Below are positions 19,288-29,683 of a stretch of DNA of 64,000 nt, piece by piece. The notes below the pieces were generated by a model, which saw only the letters and a list, made by a program, of their open reading frames with translations, did not search any database and was not told the DNA's origin. The first letter of the stretch is position 1; every line of letters starts with the position of its first letter. The stretch covers positions 10,152 through 74,151 of the IMG/VR virus record IMGVR_UViG_3300028384_000657. The stretch is one strand, 5' to 3'. A program made the translations under genes and the position numbers. This DNA is from a virus.

Positions 19288-20547
19288 ATGATTATTGAGC
19301 TCCTCAAACTGGTAGCAGTACCAGTAGCAATTGGTGGAGCATTGGTTGGGGCGGATATCACCGCCCTTTCTAGTGCTATCGCTGGACCTGCTTTTGAGCA
19401 GGTTGGTCAGTATGGAGTCGGTGAAGATTCCGCTGCTGAAATTATTGCATCTGATGGAAAAAACCTCGCATACACCAATTCGGATAAAGGAAGTGTTGAC
19501 TTCGTTAACATTTCTGATCCTTCTAACCCTACCGCTATCACTGCTGTGGATGTCGGCGGTGAACCAACCAGTGTGGCGATCCACGACGGATATGCGGTTG
19601 CGGCTGTTAACACCTCATCATCCTACACGAATCCATCGGGCAAGGTGGTAGTGATTGATATGTGGGACTATAAAGTAGTAAAGGAGATTTCTCTTGCTGG
19701 TCAACCAGATGCTGTGTCTATTAGTCCCGATGGCAAGTTTGCTGCTATTGCTATTGAAAATGAACGAGACGAAGACCTCAACGATGGACTGATTCCTCAG
19801 TATCCTGCAGGTAACGTCGCTATTGTAACTCCTGGGGGTGAAGTAACTTATGCAGATGTTCGTGGTCTCGCTGGCATTGCTCCTAGCGATCCTGAACCTG
19901 AGTTTGTTGACATCAATGACAAAGGTGAAATTGTTGTTACTCTTCAAGAGAACAACCATATGGTTGTTCTTGATTCCAGTGGTAATGTCATCTCCGATTT
20001 CGATGCTGGCAAGGTAGACTTGTATGATATTGACGACACCAAAGACGGTTATTATATGCCTGTTGGTTCTCGTCAGGGTGTACGTCGTGAGCCTGATGCT
20101 GTTGCTTGGATCGACAACGATCACTTTGTTACTGCTAATGAAGGTGACTATAAACTGAAGCGTCGTGGTGAGCACAAGCGTGGTGGATCCAGAGGGTTTA
20201 CAATCTTCCATAAGGATGGTAGTATTGTGTATGACTCAGGTAACACCTTTGAGAATACTCTCGCCAAGGCAGGTTACTGGAACGACAAGCGTGCTGAGAA
20301 GAAAGGTGTTGAACCTGAATCCGTCACGGTTGGAACTTACGGTGGCACTCGTATGCTGTTCGTAGGTGCTGAGAGAGCAAACGCTGTTGGTGTTTATGAC
20401 ATCACTGACCTGTCTGCTCCTAAACTCCTCCAGATCCTCCCTACGGGTAAGGCACCTGAGGGTCTTCTCGCTCTAGAAGATGAAGGTCTCTTCATTACTT
20501 CTAACGAGAAGGATGCCAAAAACTCTATTTCTATCTTTAAATTCTGA
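19288..20547 (+). CDS. phoA: Putative alkaline phosphatase (choice-of-anchor I beta-propeller type)
   Basis: DPEPEFV, TLQENN, EPDAVA, TANEGD, GVEPES, APEGL motifs; directly after pstS. Confidence 0.75.
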   Translation: MIIELLKLVAVPVAIGGALVGADITALSSAIAGPAFEQVGQYGVGEDSAAEIIASDGKNLAYTNSDKGSVDFVNISDPSNPTAITAVDVGGEPTSVAIHDGYAVAAVNTSSSYTNPSGKVVVIDMWDYKVVKEISLAGQPDAVSISPDGKFAAIAIENERDEDLNDGLIPQYPAGNVAIVTPGGEVTYADVRGLAGIAPSDPEPEFVDINDKGEIVVTLQENNHMVVLDSSGNVISDFDAGKVDLYDIDDTKDGYYMPVGSRQGVRREPDAVAWIDNDHFVTANEGDYKLKRRGEHKRGGSRGFTIFHKDGSIVYDSGNTFENTLAKAGYWNDKRAEKKGVEPESVTVGTYGGTRMLFVGAERANAVGVYDITDLSAPKLLQILPTGKAPEGLLALEDEGLFITSNEKDAKNSISIFKF

Positions 20548-20756
20548 TGAATTGTGACCCCAAGTGGAAGAAGTGGTGTATTGCCTGCTGCTCATCGCAA
20601 CTATGGATATTCCCAATGCTTCTACTTGGGATTCTTATTGTTATTGAAGGTGTTCATACCGATGCTCACCGAAAGATGGAAATGGATGTTCATAACTATT
20701 GCAAACAAAATGCAGAACATCAAGAGAATTTGAAATTTAATGATGATGATTGGTAA
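20547..20756 (+). CDS. Small hypothetical membrane protein
   Basis: TGATG coupling to phoA; one TM segment. Confidence 0.55.
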   Translation: MNCDPKWKKWCIACCSSQLWIFPMLLLGILIVIEGVHTDAHRKMEMDVHNYCKQNAEHQENLKFNDDDW

Positions 20757-20777
20757 ATGTATACATAATACATAATT

Positions 20778-20802
20778 AAAGAGACCCTCAGGGTCTCTTT
20801 TT
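20778..20802 (+). terminator. Intrinsic terminator ending the pstS operon
   Basis: GAGACCC-TCA-GGGTCTC plus T-run. Confidence 0.85.
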
Positions 20803-20815
20803 ATTTGAGGTTAGT

Positions 20816-21046
20816 ATGAACATTTATCTAAACCTAAAACCGAATAACTATGATGGAGAATCAGATCTCCTAACACTAGACTTGCCGCAAAATTATCTTG
20901 ATGATATAATGAGGTATGTTCGTCCTATTGCTGAACAAAAAGAAACTTCAGACATGAAAGTTCTGAAGGAATTATTTAAAGAAGCAGCATTTGAAATTTC
21001 AAGGAGATCCAATGAGCGTAAAAATCGTAAGAACAAAAGGCGGTGA
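20816..21046 (+). CDS. Hypothetical protein
   Basis: ORF with SD gagg. Confidence 0.6.
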   Translation: MNIYLNLKPNNYDGESDLLTLDLPQNYLDDIMRYVRPIAEQKETSDMKVLKELFKEAAFEISRRSNERKNRKNKRR

Positions 21047-21386
21047 AGACATCATCTGCGACTTACACGAAGTTGTAACCAAAGATGAACAGCAAAGTGT
21101 TGTAGGTTTTCAATTCAGTAAACCATATTCGGTTTATCTGGAAAGTGCAAATCAACGTGAGTTTCTGATTGAGGGCGACAGTCCAATTCAAGAGGAAGCA
21201 GAACCTATTCTGATGATGGAACCCTGGGTTCCTCTTGCAGCAAAGCAGCACGTTATCGTTCGAGCAGATGAGGTTGTCACCGCATATGACCCTCTGCCCG
21301 AAGTAATTAACAAGTACAATGAATTAGTGGAGGCAACCCATGGAAGAGTCACAGGTGAAATTGATCCTGTTGAAAACAAGGAATGA
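21012..21386 (+). CDS. Conserved hypothetical protein
   Basis: KIVRTKGGEDII motif; SD aggag. Confidence 0.65.
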   Translation: MSVKIVRTKGGEDIICDLHEVVTKDEQQSVVGFQFSKPYSVYLESANQREFLIEGDSPIQEEAEPILMMEPWVPLAAKQHVIVRADEVVTAYDPLPEVINKYNELVEATHGRVTGEIDPVENKE

Positions 21387-21585
21387 GTATCTGATTGGTA
21401 AAGTTACTCAACTGGATGAAGAACCAAGTTGTTTGATTGAAAACTGTATGCAAGTGACGGAAGACGACACCCTGGTGCCATTTCCTCGCTTCACAGAACA
21501 ACGTGACATGTTCTTGACTTCTGACATGATTCTGACTATACTGGATCCGAGTCCTAAAGTCTTGGAAACATACAAGAACGCATGA
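21340..21585 (+). CDS. Conserved hypothetical protein
   Basis: ATGA coupling to gp43. Confidence 0.6.
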   Translation: MEESQVKLILLKTRNEYLIGKVTQLDEEPSCLIENCMQVTEDDTLVPFPRFTEQRDMFLTSDMILTILDPSPKVLETYKNA

Positions 21586-24080
21586 GTTCCTTCTATACAA
21601 ACATTCAACTGGCAGGAGATACTATCCTTTATCGGGGATACGAGAACGGCGAACCAGTTCAGTTTCGCACACAGTTCTCTCCTACTCTGTATGTCTTGTC
21701 TAATAAGAAGGAAGAGTTTCAAACACTGGATGGGCGATATGTGTCTCCCATTCAGTTTGGTGTAGCAAGAGAAGCACGGGACTTCATCAAAAAGTATGAG
21801 GGTGTGCAAGGATTTGAAGTTCATGGATATGAACGTTTTGTATATCAATACATCCGACGTGAGTTTCCTGGTGAAGTTCAATATTCAATCCCTCAGATGA
21901 AAATCTATGCACTGGATATTGAGGTCCAGTGTGAGAATGGATTCCCTGATGTAGAAGCGGCAGCAGAAGAAATGCTGTCGATCACTGTTAAAGACATGGT
22001 GTCCAAGCAATATTATTGCTGGGCAATGAGAGAGTTTACACCACCTGAAGGTGTCAAGCATAAAATTTTCTGGACAGAAAATGAAATGCTGCAAGACTTC
22101 ATTACCTGGTGGTCACATAATACACCTGATATCCTTACGGGTTGGAACGTGAATCTTTATGACGTTCCATACATCGCCCGTAGGGTTAATCGTGTACTTG
22201 GGGAGAAATGGATGAAGAGTCTATCTCCCTGGAACCGAGCAAACGAAAGGGAGGTCTATGTCCAAGGTCGTAAAAATTATGCTTACGATATCTCTGGTGT
22301 CAATATTCTTGACTATCTGGATCTATATCGAAAGTTTACGTACTCAAGTCAAGAGTCTTACCGACTTGACCATATCGCTTTCATCGAACTTGGGCAGCGA
22401 AAAGTTGATCACTCTGAATACGAAAACTTCAAAGACTTCTATACCTCTGATTGGCAGAAGTTTATGGAATACAACATCCAAGACGTTGAACTGATTGACC
22501 GATTGGAAGATAAGATGAAGTTGCTTGAACTTGCCATCACGATGAGTTACGATGCCAAGGTCAACTTTGAAGATGTGTATAGTCAGGTCCGCATGTGGGA
22601 CACCATGATCTATAACTATCTCACCGATAGAAAAGTTGTAGTTCCCCCCCGTAAAGGTGCTAAGAAGGATGAGAAATACGCAGGAGCATATGTCAAGGAA
22701 CCGATTCCTGGAAAGTATGATTGGGTTGTCTCTTTTGACCTCAATAGCCTTTATCCTCATCTTATCATGCAGTACAATATCTCGCCAGAGACACTCATTG
22801 ATGCGAGACATCCCTCAGCAACGGTTGATCGAATCCTTGAGGAAACGCTAGATATTGATGGGGAATATTGTGTATGTGCTAACGGTGCTCAGTATCGTAA
22901 GGACATCCATGGTTTCCTTCCAGAAATGATGCAGAAGATTTACGATGAACGAACCATTTACAAAAAGAGGATGCTTGCCGCTAAGCAAAATCTTGAACAT
23001 GCCACCACACCTGCAGAGACCGCATCATTACAAAAGGATGTGTCCAAGTTCAACAACATCCAAATGGCAAGAAAAATCCAACTCAACTCTGCCTATGGTG
23101 CCATCGGAAACCAATACTTCCGATACTACAATCTGGCAAATGCTGAGGCAATTACCCTCTCGGGTCAAGTCTCGATTCGTTGGATCGAAGGAAAAGTAAA
23201 CCAGTATCTAAACAAACTACTTAAAACGGAGAACAAAGATTATGTTATTGCCAGTGATACTGACAGCATCTATATCTGTCTTGATATACTTGTTCGCTCT
23301 GTATTTGATTCACAAGATGTTTCTTCACAGAGGATTGTCAGTTTTCTCGACGCGGCGTGTCAGAGTAAGATCGAACCATTCATCGACAAGTCCTACAAGG
23401 AACTAGCAGACTATGTTGGTGCCTATGAACAGAAGATGTTCATGAAGCGAGAGAACATCGCTAACAAGGGCATCTGGACTGCTAAGAAGCGATATATCCT
23501 CAACGTCTGGGACAGCGAGGGTGTTCGTTATGAGAAACCCAAACTCAAGATCATGGGTCTTGAGGCAGTTAAGTCTTCTACTCCTGCTGCTTGTCGCACT
23601 GCAATTAGAGATTGCATGAAAGTGATCATGAACAAAGATGAGAAAGCGGCACAGAAGTTCATCGCTGATTTTAAGGATGAGTTTTCGTCATTGCCAATCG
23701 AAGATATTTCTTTCCCACGCGGTTGTAATGGAATAAATAAATGGTCGCATCCAGCGACAATCTATAGCAAGGGCACACCTATTCACGTTAGAGGAGCATT
23801 GCTTTACAACTTCCATAACAAGAAGAACAAACTTACTCATAAGTATCCTCTTATTCAGGACGGTGAGAAGATTAAGTTTGTGTACTTGAAAACACCCAAT
23901 AAAATTGGGGAGAATGTGATCAGTTATCTGGGCACATTCCCGAAGGAGTTCGGTCTTGACAAACAGGTAGACTATGATCTACAATTCTCAAAGTCGTTTC
24001 TAGATCCTATTAAAGTAATCATGGACGTTATGGGGTGGCAACCCGAAAAAGTAGCATCACTGGAGTTTTTATTTGGATGA
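21582..24080 (+). CDS. gp43: DNA polymerase (family B)
   Basis: ExoI DIE, SFDLNSLYP, KIQLNSAYG, DTDS. Confidence 0.98.
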   Translation: MSSFYTNIQLAGDTILYRGYENGEPVQFRTQFSPTLYVLSNKKEEFQTLDGRYVSPIQFGVAREARDFIKKYEGVQGFEVHGYERFVYQYIRREFPGEVQYSIPQMKIYALDIEVQCENGFPDVEAAAEEMLSITVKDMVSKQYYCWAMREFTPPEGVKHKIFWTENEMLQDFITWWSHNTPDILTGWNVNLYDVPYIARRVNRVLGEKWMKSLSPWNRANEREVYVQGRKNYAYDISGVNILDYLDLYRKFTYSSQESYRLDHIAFIELGQRKVDHSEYENFKDFYTSDWQKFMEYNIQDVELIDRLEDKMKLLELAITMSYDAKVNFEDVYSQVRMWDTMIYNYLTDRKVVVPPRKGAKKDEKYAGAYVKEPIPGKYDWVVSFDLNSLYPHLIMQYNISPETLIDARHPSATVDRILEETLDIDGEYCVCANGAQYRKDIHGFLPEMMQKIYDERTIYKKRMLAAKQNLEHATTPAETASLQKDVSKFNNIQMARKIQLNSAYGAIGNQYFRYYNLANAEAITLSGQVSIRWIEGKVNQYLNKLLKTENKDYVIASDTDSIYICLDILVRSVFDSQDVSSQRIVSFLDAACQSKIEPFIDKSYKELADYVGAYEQKMFMKRENIANKGIWTAKKRYILNVWDSEGVRYEKPKLKIMGLEAVKSSTPAACRTAIRDCMKVIMNKDEKAAQKFIADFKDEFSSLPIEDISFPRGCNGINKWSHPATIYSKGTPIHVRGALLYNFHNKKNKLTHKYPLIQDGEKIKFVYLKTPNKIGENVISYLGTFPKEFGLDKQVDYDLQFSKSFLDPIKVIMDVMGWQPEKVASLEFLFG

Positions 24081-24232
24081 ACAGAACACGATTTGTAGTC
24101 ACATATCAAAATGCTTTTGGATTCTCTCCTAGAGAAGAAAAAGTTTTTGAAGATCATAAAGAAGCAGAATGGTTTGAACGTGCCATGAAACGTTCTAATT
24201 ACATCACAACATTATTGGAGGTTAAAGAGTGA
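24077..24232 (+). CDS. Small hypothetical protein
   Basis: Coupled on both sides, between gp43 and uvsX. Confidence 0.55.
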   Translation: MNRTRFVVTYQNAFGFSPREEKVFEDHKEAEWFERAMKRSNYITTLLEVKE

Positions 24233-25239
24233 ATTTTTTACAGGATGTAGCAAAGGAGATTGGTAATGAGTATGCAGGACTTGTCAGCGATGGTGTCGCA
24301 GCAGGAGACACTTCTGATTTCATTGACACTGGTAGTTACATTTTCAATGCTTTGGTTAGCGGTTCAATCTACGGTGGAGTCCCCTCAAACAAGATCACTG
24401 CTATCGCTGGTGAGTCTTCTACTGGCAAGACTTTCTTTTGCCTTGGGATTGTCCAGCATTTTCTTGACAGCAATCCCGACGCTGGGGTAATTTATTTTGA
24501 GTCTGAGTCTGCTATCTCAAAGCAGATGATTGAGGATCGTGGTATTGATTCTTCTCGTATGATGATCGTGCCAGTTGCAACCATTGAACAGTTCCGAACT
24601 CAGTCTTGCCGTATCCTTGACAAGTATATGGAGCAGGATGCTGCTGACCGCAAACCTCTGATGTTTGTCCTGGATTCTCTGGGTATGCTCTCCACTGAGA
24701 AGGAGATTGCAGACGTTGCTGCTGACAAGCAGGTTCGTGACATGACTAAGAGTCAGTTGATCAAGGGTGCCTTCCGTGTGCTAACGCTCAAATTGGGTAA
24801 GGCAAACGTTCCAATGCTTGTTACCAATCATACATATGATGTAATCGGAAGTTATATTCCCACAAAAGAAATGGGAGGAGGAAGTGGACTCAAATACGCT
24901 TCATCGACAATTATATATCTATCAAAGAAGAAGGAAAAGGATGGTACGGAGATTGTTGGTAATATTATCAAATGCAAAGCACAGAAATCTCGATTAACAA
25001 AGGAGAACTCACAAGTTGAAACACGTCTTTATTACGATCGTGGACTTGACAGGTATTACGGACTACTGGAACTGGGTGAGAAATACGGAGTCTTCACCAA
25101 GCGTGGGAATCGCATCGTCGTTGGTGAATCTACTGTTTATCCTAAGTCTATTCTCTCTGATCCGCAGAAGTATTTCACCCCCGAAGTGATGGAACAACTC
25201 GACGAAGCTGCAGCAAAGGAATTTCGTTATGGAACTTGA
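24229..25239 (+). CDS. uvsX: RecA-like recombinase
   Basis: [23 protein letters not shown]. Confidence 0.95.
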   Translation: MNFLQDVAKEIGNEYAGLVSDGVAAGDTSDFIDTGSYIFNALVSGSIYGGVPSNKITAIAGESSTGKTFFCLGIVQHFLDSNPDAGVIYFESESAISKQMIEDRGIDSSRMMIVPVATIEQFRTQSCRILDKYMEQDAADRKPLMFVLDSLGMLSTEKEIADVAADKQVRDMTKSQLIKGAFRVLTLKLGKANVPMLVTNHTYDVIGSYIPTKEMGGGSGLKYASSTIIYLSKKKEKDGTEIVGNIIKCKAQKSRLTKENSQVETRLYYDRGLDRYYGLLELGEKYGVFTKRGNRIVVGESTVYPKSILSDPQKYFTPEVMEQLDEAAAKEFRYGT

Positions 25240-25789
25240 GTCTTATGTTAGAACGTATGATAATGTTCTTGTTCCAGATGTATGTAAATCTATCATCGAA
25301 GCATTTTCTAAATCCAACAGCGAGTATATTGATCGAGAGCAGCGACCTGCCTTCACGCACTTAAACATATCCAGACCATATAAAGAAAATGACATTCTAT
25401 GGGTGAAACATCATGACACTATTATGAATGTCTTTGATGAATACATTGAACAGTATGTCACTTCACTTGATTGTGGTCCTGATTTTCCATTCAATTCTTC
25501 ATATGAAGAATTTCGTATGAAACGATATGTAAATGATGGGCATGATCAGTTTAAAGATCATGTTGATGTTCAGGATCACCCAACTTCTCGTAGAATGTTG
25601 GCTATGTTCATATACTTAAATGATGTATCGGAAGGTGGTGAGACATATTTCCCTAAACTTGACTTGAAAATCACACCCAGGTGTGGTAAACTCTTGATAT
25701 TCCCACCTCTTTGGATGTTTAGACACGCAGGACTTCCTCCTGTGTCAAACGAGAAGTACATTATCGGATCGTATTTGCACTACCTATGA
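25229..25789 (+). CDS. 2OG-Fe(II) oxygenase (prolyl 4-hydroxylase-like)
   Basis: HVD, IYLNDV, GGETYF, HAG, KYI. Confidence 0.85.
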   Translation: MELESYVRTYDNVLVPDVCKSIIEAFSKSNSEYIDREQRPAFTHLNISRPYKENDILWVKHHDTIMNVFDEYIEQYVTSLDCGPDFPFNSSYEEFRMKRYVNDGHDQFKDHVDVQDHPTSRRMLAMFIYLNDVSEGGETYFPKLDLKITPRCGKLLIFPPLWMFRHAGLPPVSNEKYIIGSYLHYL

Positions 25790-27165
25790 ATCTTGAAGTC
25801 ACAATCCTCAGTAATCTTCTCTATAATGAGAAATATGTGAGGAAGGTATTGCCTTTCTTGAAGGTTGATTATTTTACTGATCGATCTCATAAGGTTATCT
25901 TTCTCGAAATTCATGAGTATGTGAGTCAGTATGATGCACTACCCAGTCTGAACGCAATTGGTATAGAATGCCAAGAACGAATTGATCTCACCGAGGATCA
26001 GTTCAAAGATATTATTGGAGTTTTGAATGTCCTTTCCGATGATCCCACAGACCACGATTGGCTCGTTGATACTACAGAAAAGTGGTGTCAAGAGCGTGCG
26101 ATCTACCTATCTCTTATGGAATCTGTCAAGATTGCTGACGGACAGGATACCAAGAGGGATAAAGGCGCTATTCCTCAAATCCTTTCGGAAGCTCTTGGGG
26201 TTACGTTTGATCAAAATGTAGGTCACGATTACGTTTCAAACGCAGAAGAACGCTATGAGTTCTACCACAGAAAAGAAGACAAAATCCCCTTCGATCTTTC
26301 GTTCTTTAATAAGATTACGAAGGGCGGTCTTTCTAACAAAAGTCTTAACATCGCACTCGCTGGCACTGGCGTGGGCAAGTCTTTGTTTATGTGTCACTGC
26401 GCCGCTGCAGCACTCCTTCAAGGCAAGAACGTCCTTTATATCACACTGGAAATGGCAGAAGAGAAGATCGCTGAACGCATTGATGCGAATCTACTCAACG
26501 TCCCGATCCAAAAACTAGCAGAACTTCCTAAGGCAATGTTCGATAAGAAGATTGCAACTCTTGCTAAGAAGACTCAGGGCAAACTTATAATTAAAGAATA
26601 CCCAACAGCATCTGCACATGTTGGACATTTTAAATCTCTTGTTAGTGATCTTGCTCTTAAGCGGTCTATCAAACCCGATATTATCTTTGTGGATTACCTT
26701 AATATTTGTGCGTCCGAAAGATATAAGAGTAGCGTTGTCAACTCGTACACCTATGTTAAATCTATCGCAGAAGAACTTAGGGGTTTTGCTTGTCAGTGTG
26801 GAGTTCCTATTGTCTCTGCTACACAGACCACTCGTTCAGGTTATGGTAGCACTGATGTTGATCTTACTGACACTAGTGAGTCCTTTGGTCTTCCTGCTAC
26901 TGCTGATCTTATGTTTGCCCTTATTAGCACGGAAGAACTTGAGGGTATGAACCAGATTATGGTCAAGCAACTCAAGAACAGGTACAATGATCCGACAATG
27001 AACAAAAGATTCTGTGTAGGTATTGACAGAGCGAAGATGAGGTTGTATGATGTGGAGGAATCTGCACAGGAAGATCTTCAAGATTCTGGGCAGGAAAGCG
27101 AGAAAGTCGATCTCGTAAAACGATTTACAGCAAAGAAAACATTTCAAGATCTAAAGTATGATTGA
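25786..27165 (+). CDS. gp41: Replicative helicase
   Basis: AGTGVGKS, LEMAEE, IFVDYLNI, ESFGLPATAD. Confidence 0.95.
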   Translation: MNLEVTILSNLLYNEKYVRKVLPFLKVDYFTDRSHKVIFLEIHEYVSQYDALPSLNAIGIECQERIDLTEDQFKDIIGVLNVLSDDPTDHDWLVDTTEKWCQERAIYLSLMESVKIADGQDTKRDKGAIPQILSEALGVTFDQNVGHDYVSNAEERYEFYHRKEDKIPFDLSFFNKITKGGLSNKSLNIALAGTGVGKSLFMCHCAAAALLQGKNVLYITLEMAEEKIAERIDANLLNVPIQKLAELPKAMFDKKIATLAKKTQGKLIIKEYPTASAHVGHFKSLVSDLALKRSIKPDIIFVDYLNICASERYKSSVVNSYTYVKSIAEELRGFACQCGVPIVSATQTTRSGYGSTDVDLTDTSESFGLPATADLMFALISTEELEGMNQIMVKQLKNRYNDPTMNKRFCVGIDRAKMRLYDVEESAQEDLQDSGQESEKVDLVKRFTAKKTFQDLKYD

Positions 27166-27559
27166 CCCTAACAAGTATCTGGAGTTTGTAGATGCCGTTA
27201 CGTCGGAACCATCGAAAGACCATGAAGCATTCATTTATCGTCTTCAAGAACTCGAAGGCGAGGAGTTTCCTGCCGAGCGATTGCTTACTGCTTCTGTAGG
27301 TATGTGTGCTGAGGCAGGTGAGTTTACCGAAGTGGTAAAGAAGATTGTCTTTCAAGGCAAACTTGTCAACGAAGATAATCTGTTTCATCTGAAGCGTGAA
27401 CTCGGTGACATCATGTGGTATGTTGCTCAAGCATGTATCAGTCTGAATATCAGTCTCGATGAAGTTCTTGCTATGAATGTAGAGAAACTCTCTGCTCGAT
27501 ATCCTGCAGGAACTTTTGACGTTCATTTTTCAGAAAACCGTAAAGAAGGAGATGTATGA
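27158..27559 (+). CDS. mazG: MazG NTP pyrophosphohydrolase
   Basis: EAGEFTEVVKK, ELGDIMWY. Confidence 0.92.
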   Translation: MIDPNKYLEFVDAVTSEPSKDHEAFIYRLQELEGEEFPAERLLTASVGMCAEAGEFTEVVKKIVFQGKLVNEDNLFHLKRELGDIMWYVAQACISLNISLDEVLAMNVEKLSARYPAGTFDVHFSENRKEGDV

Positions 27560-27702
27560 CTAAAAAACAACATATAACCAAGTCTGGAGACACCTTTGAG
27601 TGGGAAGAGACTGATGAAGTTCGTGCCGCAGTAGAAAGACTGCATCAAACCATTCGCGAACTTGAAAAGAAAAACGCACCTGATTATGGAGTTGGAAAAT
27701 GA
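27556..27702 (+). CDS. Small hypothetical protein (48 aa)
   Basis: ATGA overlaps on both sides; not in the ORF track. Confidence 0.55.
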   Translation: MTKKQHITKSGDTFEWEETDEVRAAVERLHQTIRELEKKNAPDYGVGK

Positions 27703-27917
27703 AACTACTCACACTTGAAGATTATCAACAGGCAGGAGAAACATTCTGGCCAAAGTATTGGTATGTTGCCAAAGAACTTGGTGAAGATGTAAAACCTGAG
27801 CAAGTCTTGAAAGTCATGGAAGCGGTAGGTGGTCTTGCACTGAAACTTGCATTGGAAAAGAAAGAAAAAGAAGGACCGTTTGGTTTTAACAAACAATCTG
27901 GAGAATTTAATGAGTGA
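27699..27917 (+). CDS. Hypothetical protein
   Basis: FWPKYWYVAKELG...GPFGF. Confidence 0.6.
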   Translation: MKLLTLEDYQQAGETFWPKYWYVAKELGEDVKPEQVLKVMEAVGGLALKLALEKKEKEGPFGFNKQSGEFNE

Positions 27918-28254
27918 AGAATCTTTGATCTATCCTGGCAAGATGCTAGGAGAACTTGCTATTGCACTTGAGAAACTAGGTTGGGACTACGGTGACGATG
28001 TTGCTGTAGAAATTGCTGGCACTCAAATCTATGAGATTGAAGGTGCAGGCACTAAGTGGGCACCTGTCAAAGGCACCCGTAAGTACAATAAAGATGCCTT
28101 CATTGTCATCAAAAATAGATCCCGAAATCCATTCGTCCCTTCGCAAGCACCTAAAGATGACCCAGAACGACTACAACACCATTCCAAGGTGGAAGCAAGC
28201 AAGCAACAAAGCGATAGCGGAGAACCTGCTAACGAGCATAGCGGAGCTGGTTGA
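27910..28254 (+). CDS. Hypothetical protein
   Basis: SD ggag; KWAP..GTRKYNKDAFIVIKN. Confidence 0.6.
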   Translation: MSEESLIYPGKMLGELAIALEKLGWDYGDDVAVEIAGTQIYEIEGAGTKWAPVKGTRKYNKDAFIVIKNRSRNPFVPSQAPKDDPERLQHHSKVEASKQQSDSGEPANEHSGAG

Positions 28255-28390
28255 TGGAAGATGGTATCGAACCGAAACCCTCGACTACAAAGGACACAGA
28301 ACTAGAAAATACATCATCGAGCACGACATTACCGAAGGACCCGATAGTGCCGAGTCTAATGTTTCTGGGAGTGATAGCAGCGACACTTAG
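28157..28390 (+). CDS. Hypothetical protein (overlaps both neighbours)
   Basis: Protein-like composition MTQNDYNTIPRWK... Confidence 0.4.
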   Translation: MTQNDYNTIPRWKQASNKAIAENLLTSIAELVDGRWYRTETLDYKGHRTRKYIIEHDITEGPDSAESNVSGSDSSDT

Positions 28391-28460
28391 TGTGATCGTT
28401 GCTGGTTACTTTAAGGGTAACATGCACATTGAGGCAGTATGGAAAACTCTCCATAGTTAA
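28251..28460 (+). CDS. Small membrane protein
   Basis: TM segment followed by GYFKGNMH. Confidence 0.5.
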   Translation: MMEDGIEPKPSTTKDTELENTSSSTTLPKDPIVPSLMFLGVIAATLSVIVAGYFKGNMHIEAVWKTLHS

Positions 28461-28479
28461 TAAATAGTCAAAAAGAACA

Positions 28480-29616
28480 ATGGCAGCAGAAAAGATTGAT
28501 GCTAATAGAGGGGATTTATTTGAAGCATTCTTTGCTGCTGCCGTAGCAGCACGGTTTATTAAACGTGCAAAGAGTAAAACTGAAAAAGTTCTACCTAAGA
28601 TTACAGCATCTGATTGTGACCTGGTGCTGACTGAGATGATGAAGAAAGGATTTACAAGGAAGGTAAATGATGTTGGTAGTGCAGTTATTGACACTGTGAC
28701 TGTCAACGTTTCTATTCCAAAGAAAGCAAGTGCATTTCTTTCTACTAGAAATAATTGGTCGAAAGTTAGTGACCTTAGAACAGGTGCTGTAAACTTTGCT
28801 AATGGTCACTCTAGACTGAATGCTCAGGCACGAGGTTTGTCAATTAATAATAGAGAAGACATTATCAAGATTACTGCTGCTGGTACAGAAGATCAGAAGG
28901 GAACAAAAGCAGACGTTAAGGTAGAAGTTAACTCTCCTACTAATCCAGATAGAAGATTCCGAAATATTGATTACTCTTTGAAGGTTACTGGCGGTGAACA
29001 ATTTCACCAAGTATCTGGTCTTGGGTTTGATAAGTTTGTAAATATCTTTGCTGAGATGGGATTGGATGTAAGAGAGATCGGACCAAAATATGAAAAGCAG
29101 TTAAGTGAATTCTTTGACAAGGAAGTATATACTAAAAAGTATACGAGTAGAGATCAAGCACAAAGAACTGGTGGTGGAGATAATTTAAAAGCATCTGCTC
29201 GACTTGTGTATGAATATGCAAAAGAGAAACTTCATAAAGGATTGAATGATCCTAATCAGAATGATGTCAAGAAGAAGTTTGCTGATTATATTATCTTTGG
29301 ATTATCGAGAAATGTTAAGACCGAACTTGTAAAATTTGCAGGAAATGGTCAGGTAAAGACAAGAGTAGCAGACAGAGCATTTAGAACTGTTTTGATTGGT
29401 AAAAGATTTGTTTGTGAAATGAAACCATCTGGCGATCCAAAGATTGAAATTTATCTTGCTGATGAAGAGGGTAAGAAAATGCCAGGTAAAGATGCATTCA
29501 TCATGCAAATCAGATATAAACTTGAGGTTGCTAGTGGTAAGTCTGCTGGTATGAAAGTATATAAGTTTTATCCAAGGAACTACCTGGAAGCCCAGGCAGG
29601 TATGTTCAGTATCTAA
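28480..29616 (+). CDS. Hypothetical protein, possible PD-(D/E)XK-variant nuclease
   Basis: GDLFE...KADV...YSLK; preceded by TAAATA. Confidence 0.55.
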   Translation: MAAEKIDANRGDLFEAFFAAAVAARFIKRAKSKTEKVLPKITASDCDLVLTEMMKKGFTRKVNDVGSAVIDTVTVNVSIPKKASAFLSTRNNWSKVSDLRTGAVNFANGHSRLNAQARGLSINNREDIIKITAAGTEDQKGTKADVKVEVNSPTNPDRRFRNIDYSLKVTGGEQFHQVSGLGFDKFVNIFAEMGLDVREIGPKYEKQLSEFFDKEVYTKKYTSRDQAQRTGGGDNLKASARLVYEYAKEKLHKGLNDPNQNDVKKKFADYIIFGLSRNVKTELVKFAGNGQVKTRVADRAFRTVLIGKRFVCEMKPSGDPKIEIYLADEEGKKMPGKDAFIMQIRYKLEVASGKSAGMKVYKFYPRNYLEAQAGMFSI

Positions 29617-29683
29617 ACTGGCACACTACATTATGGACTCGACTTTAACCTGCTATAATAACGGTATAGAGACAGAGGAATCC

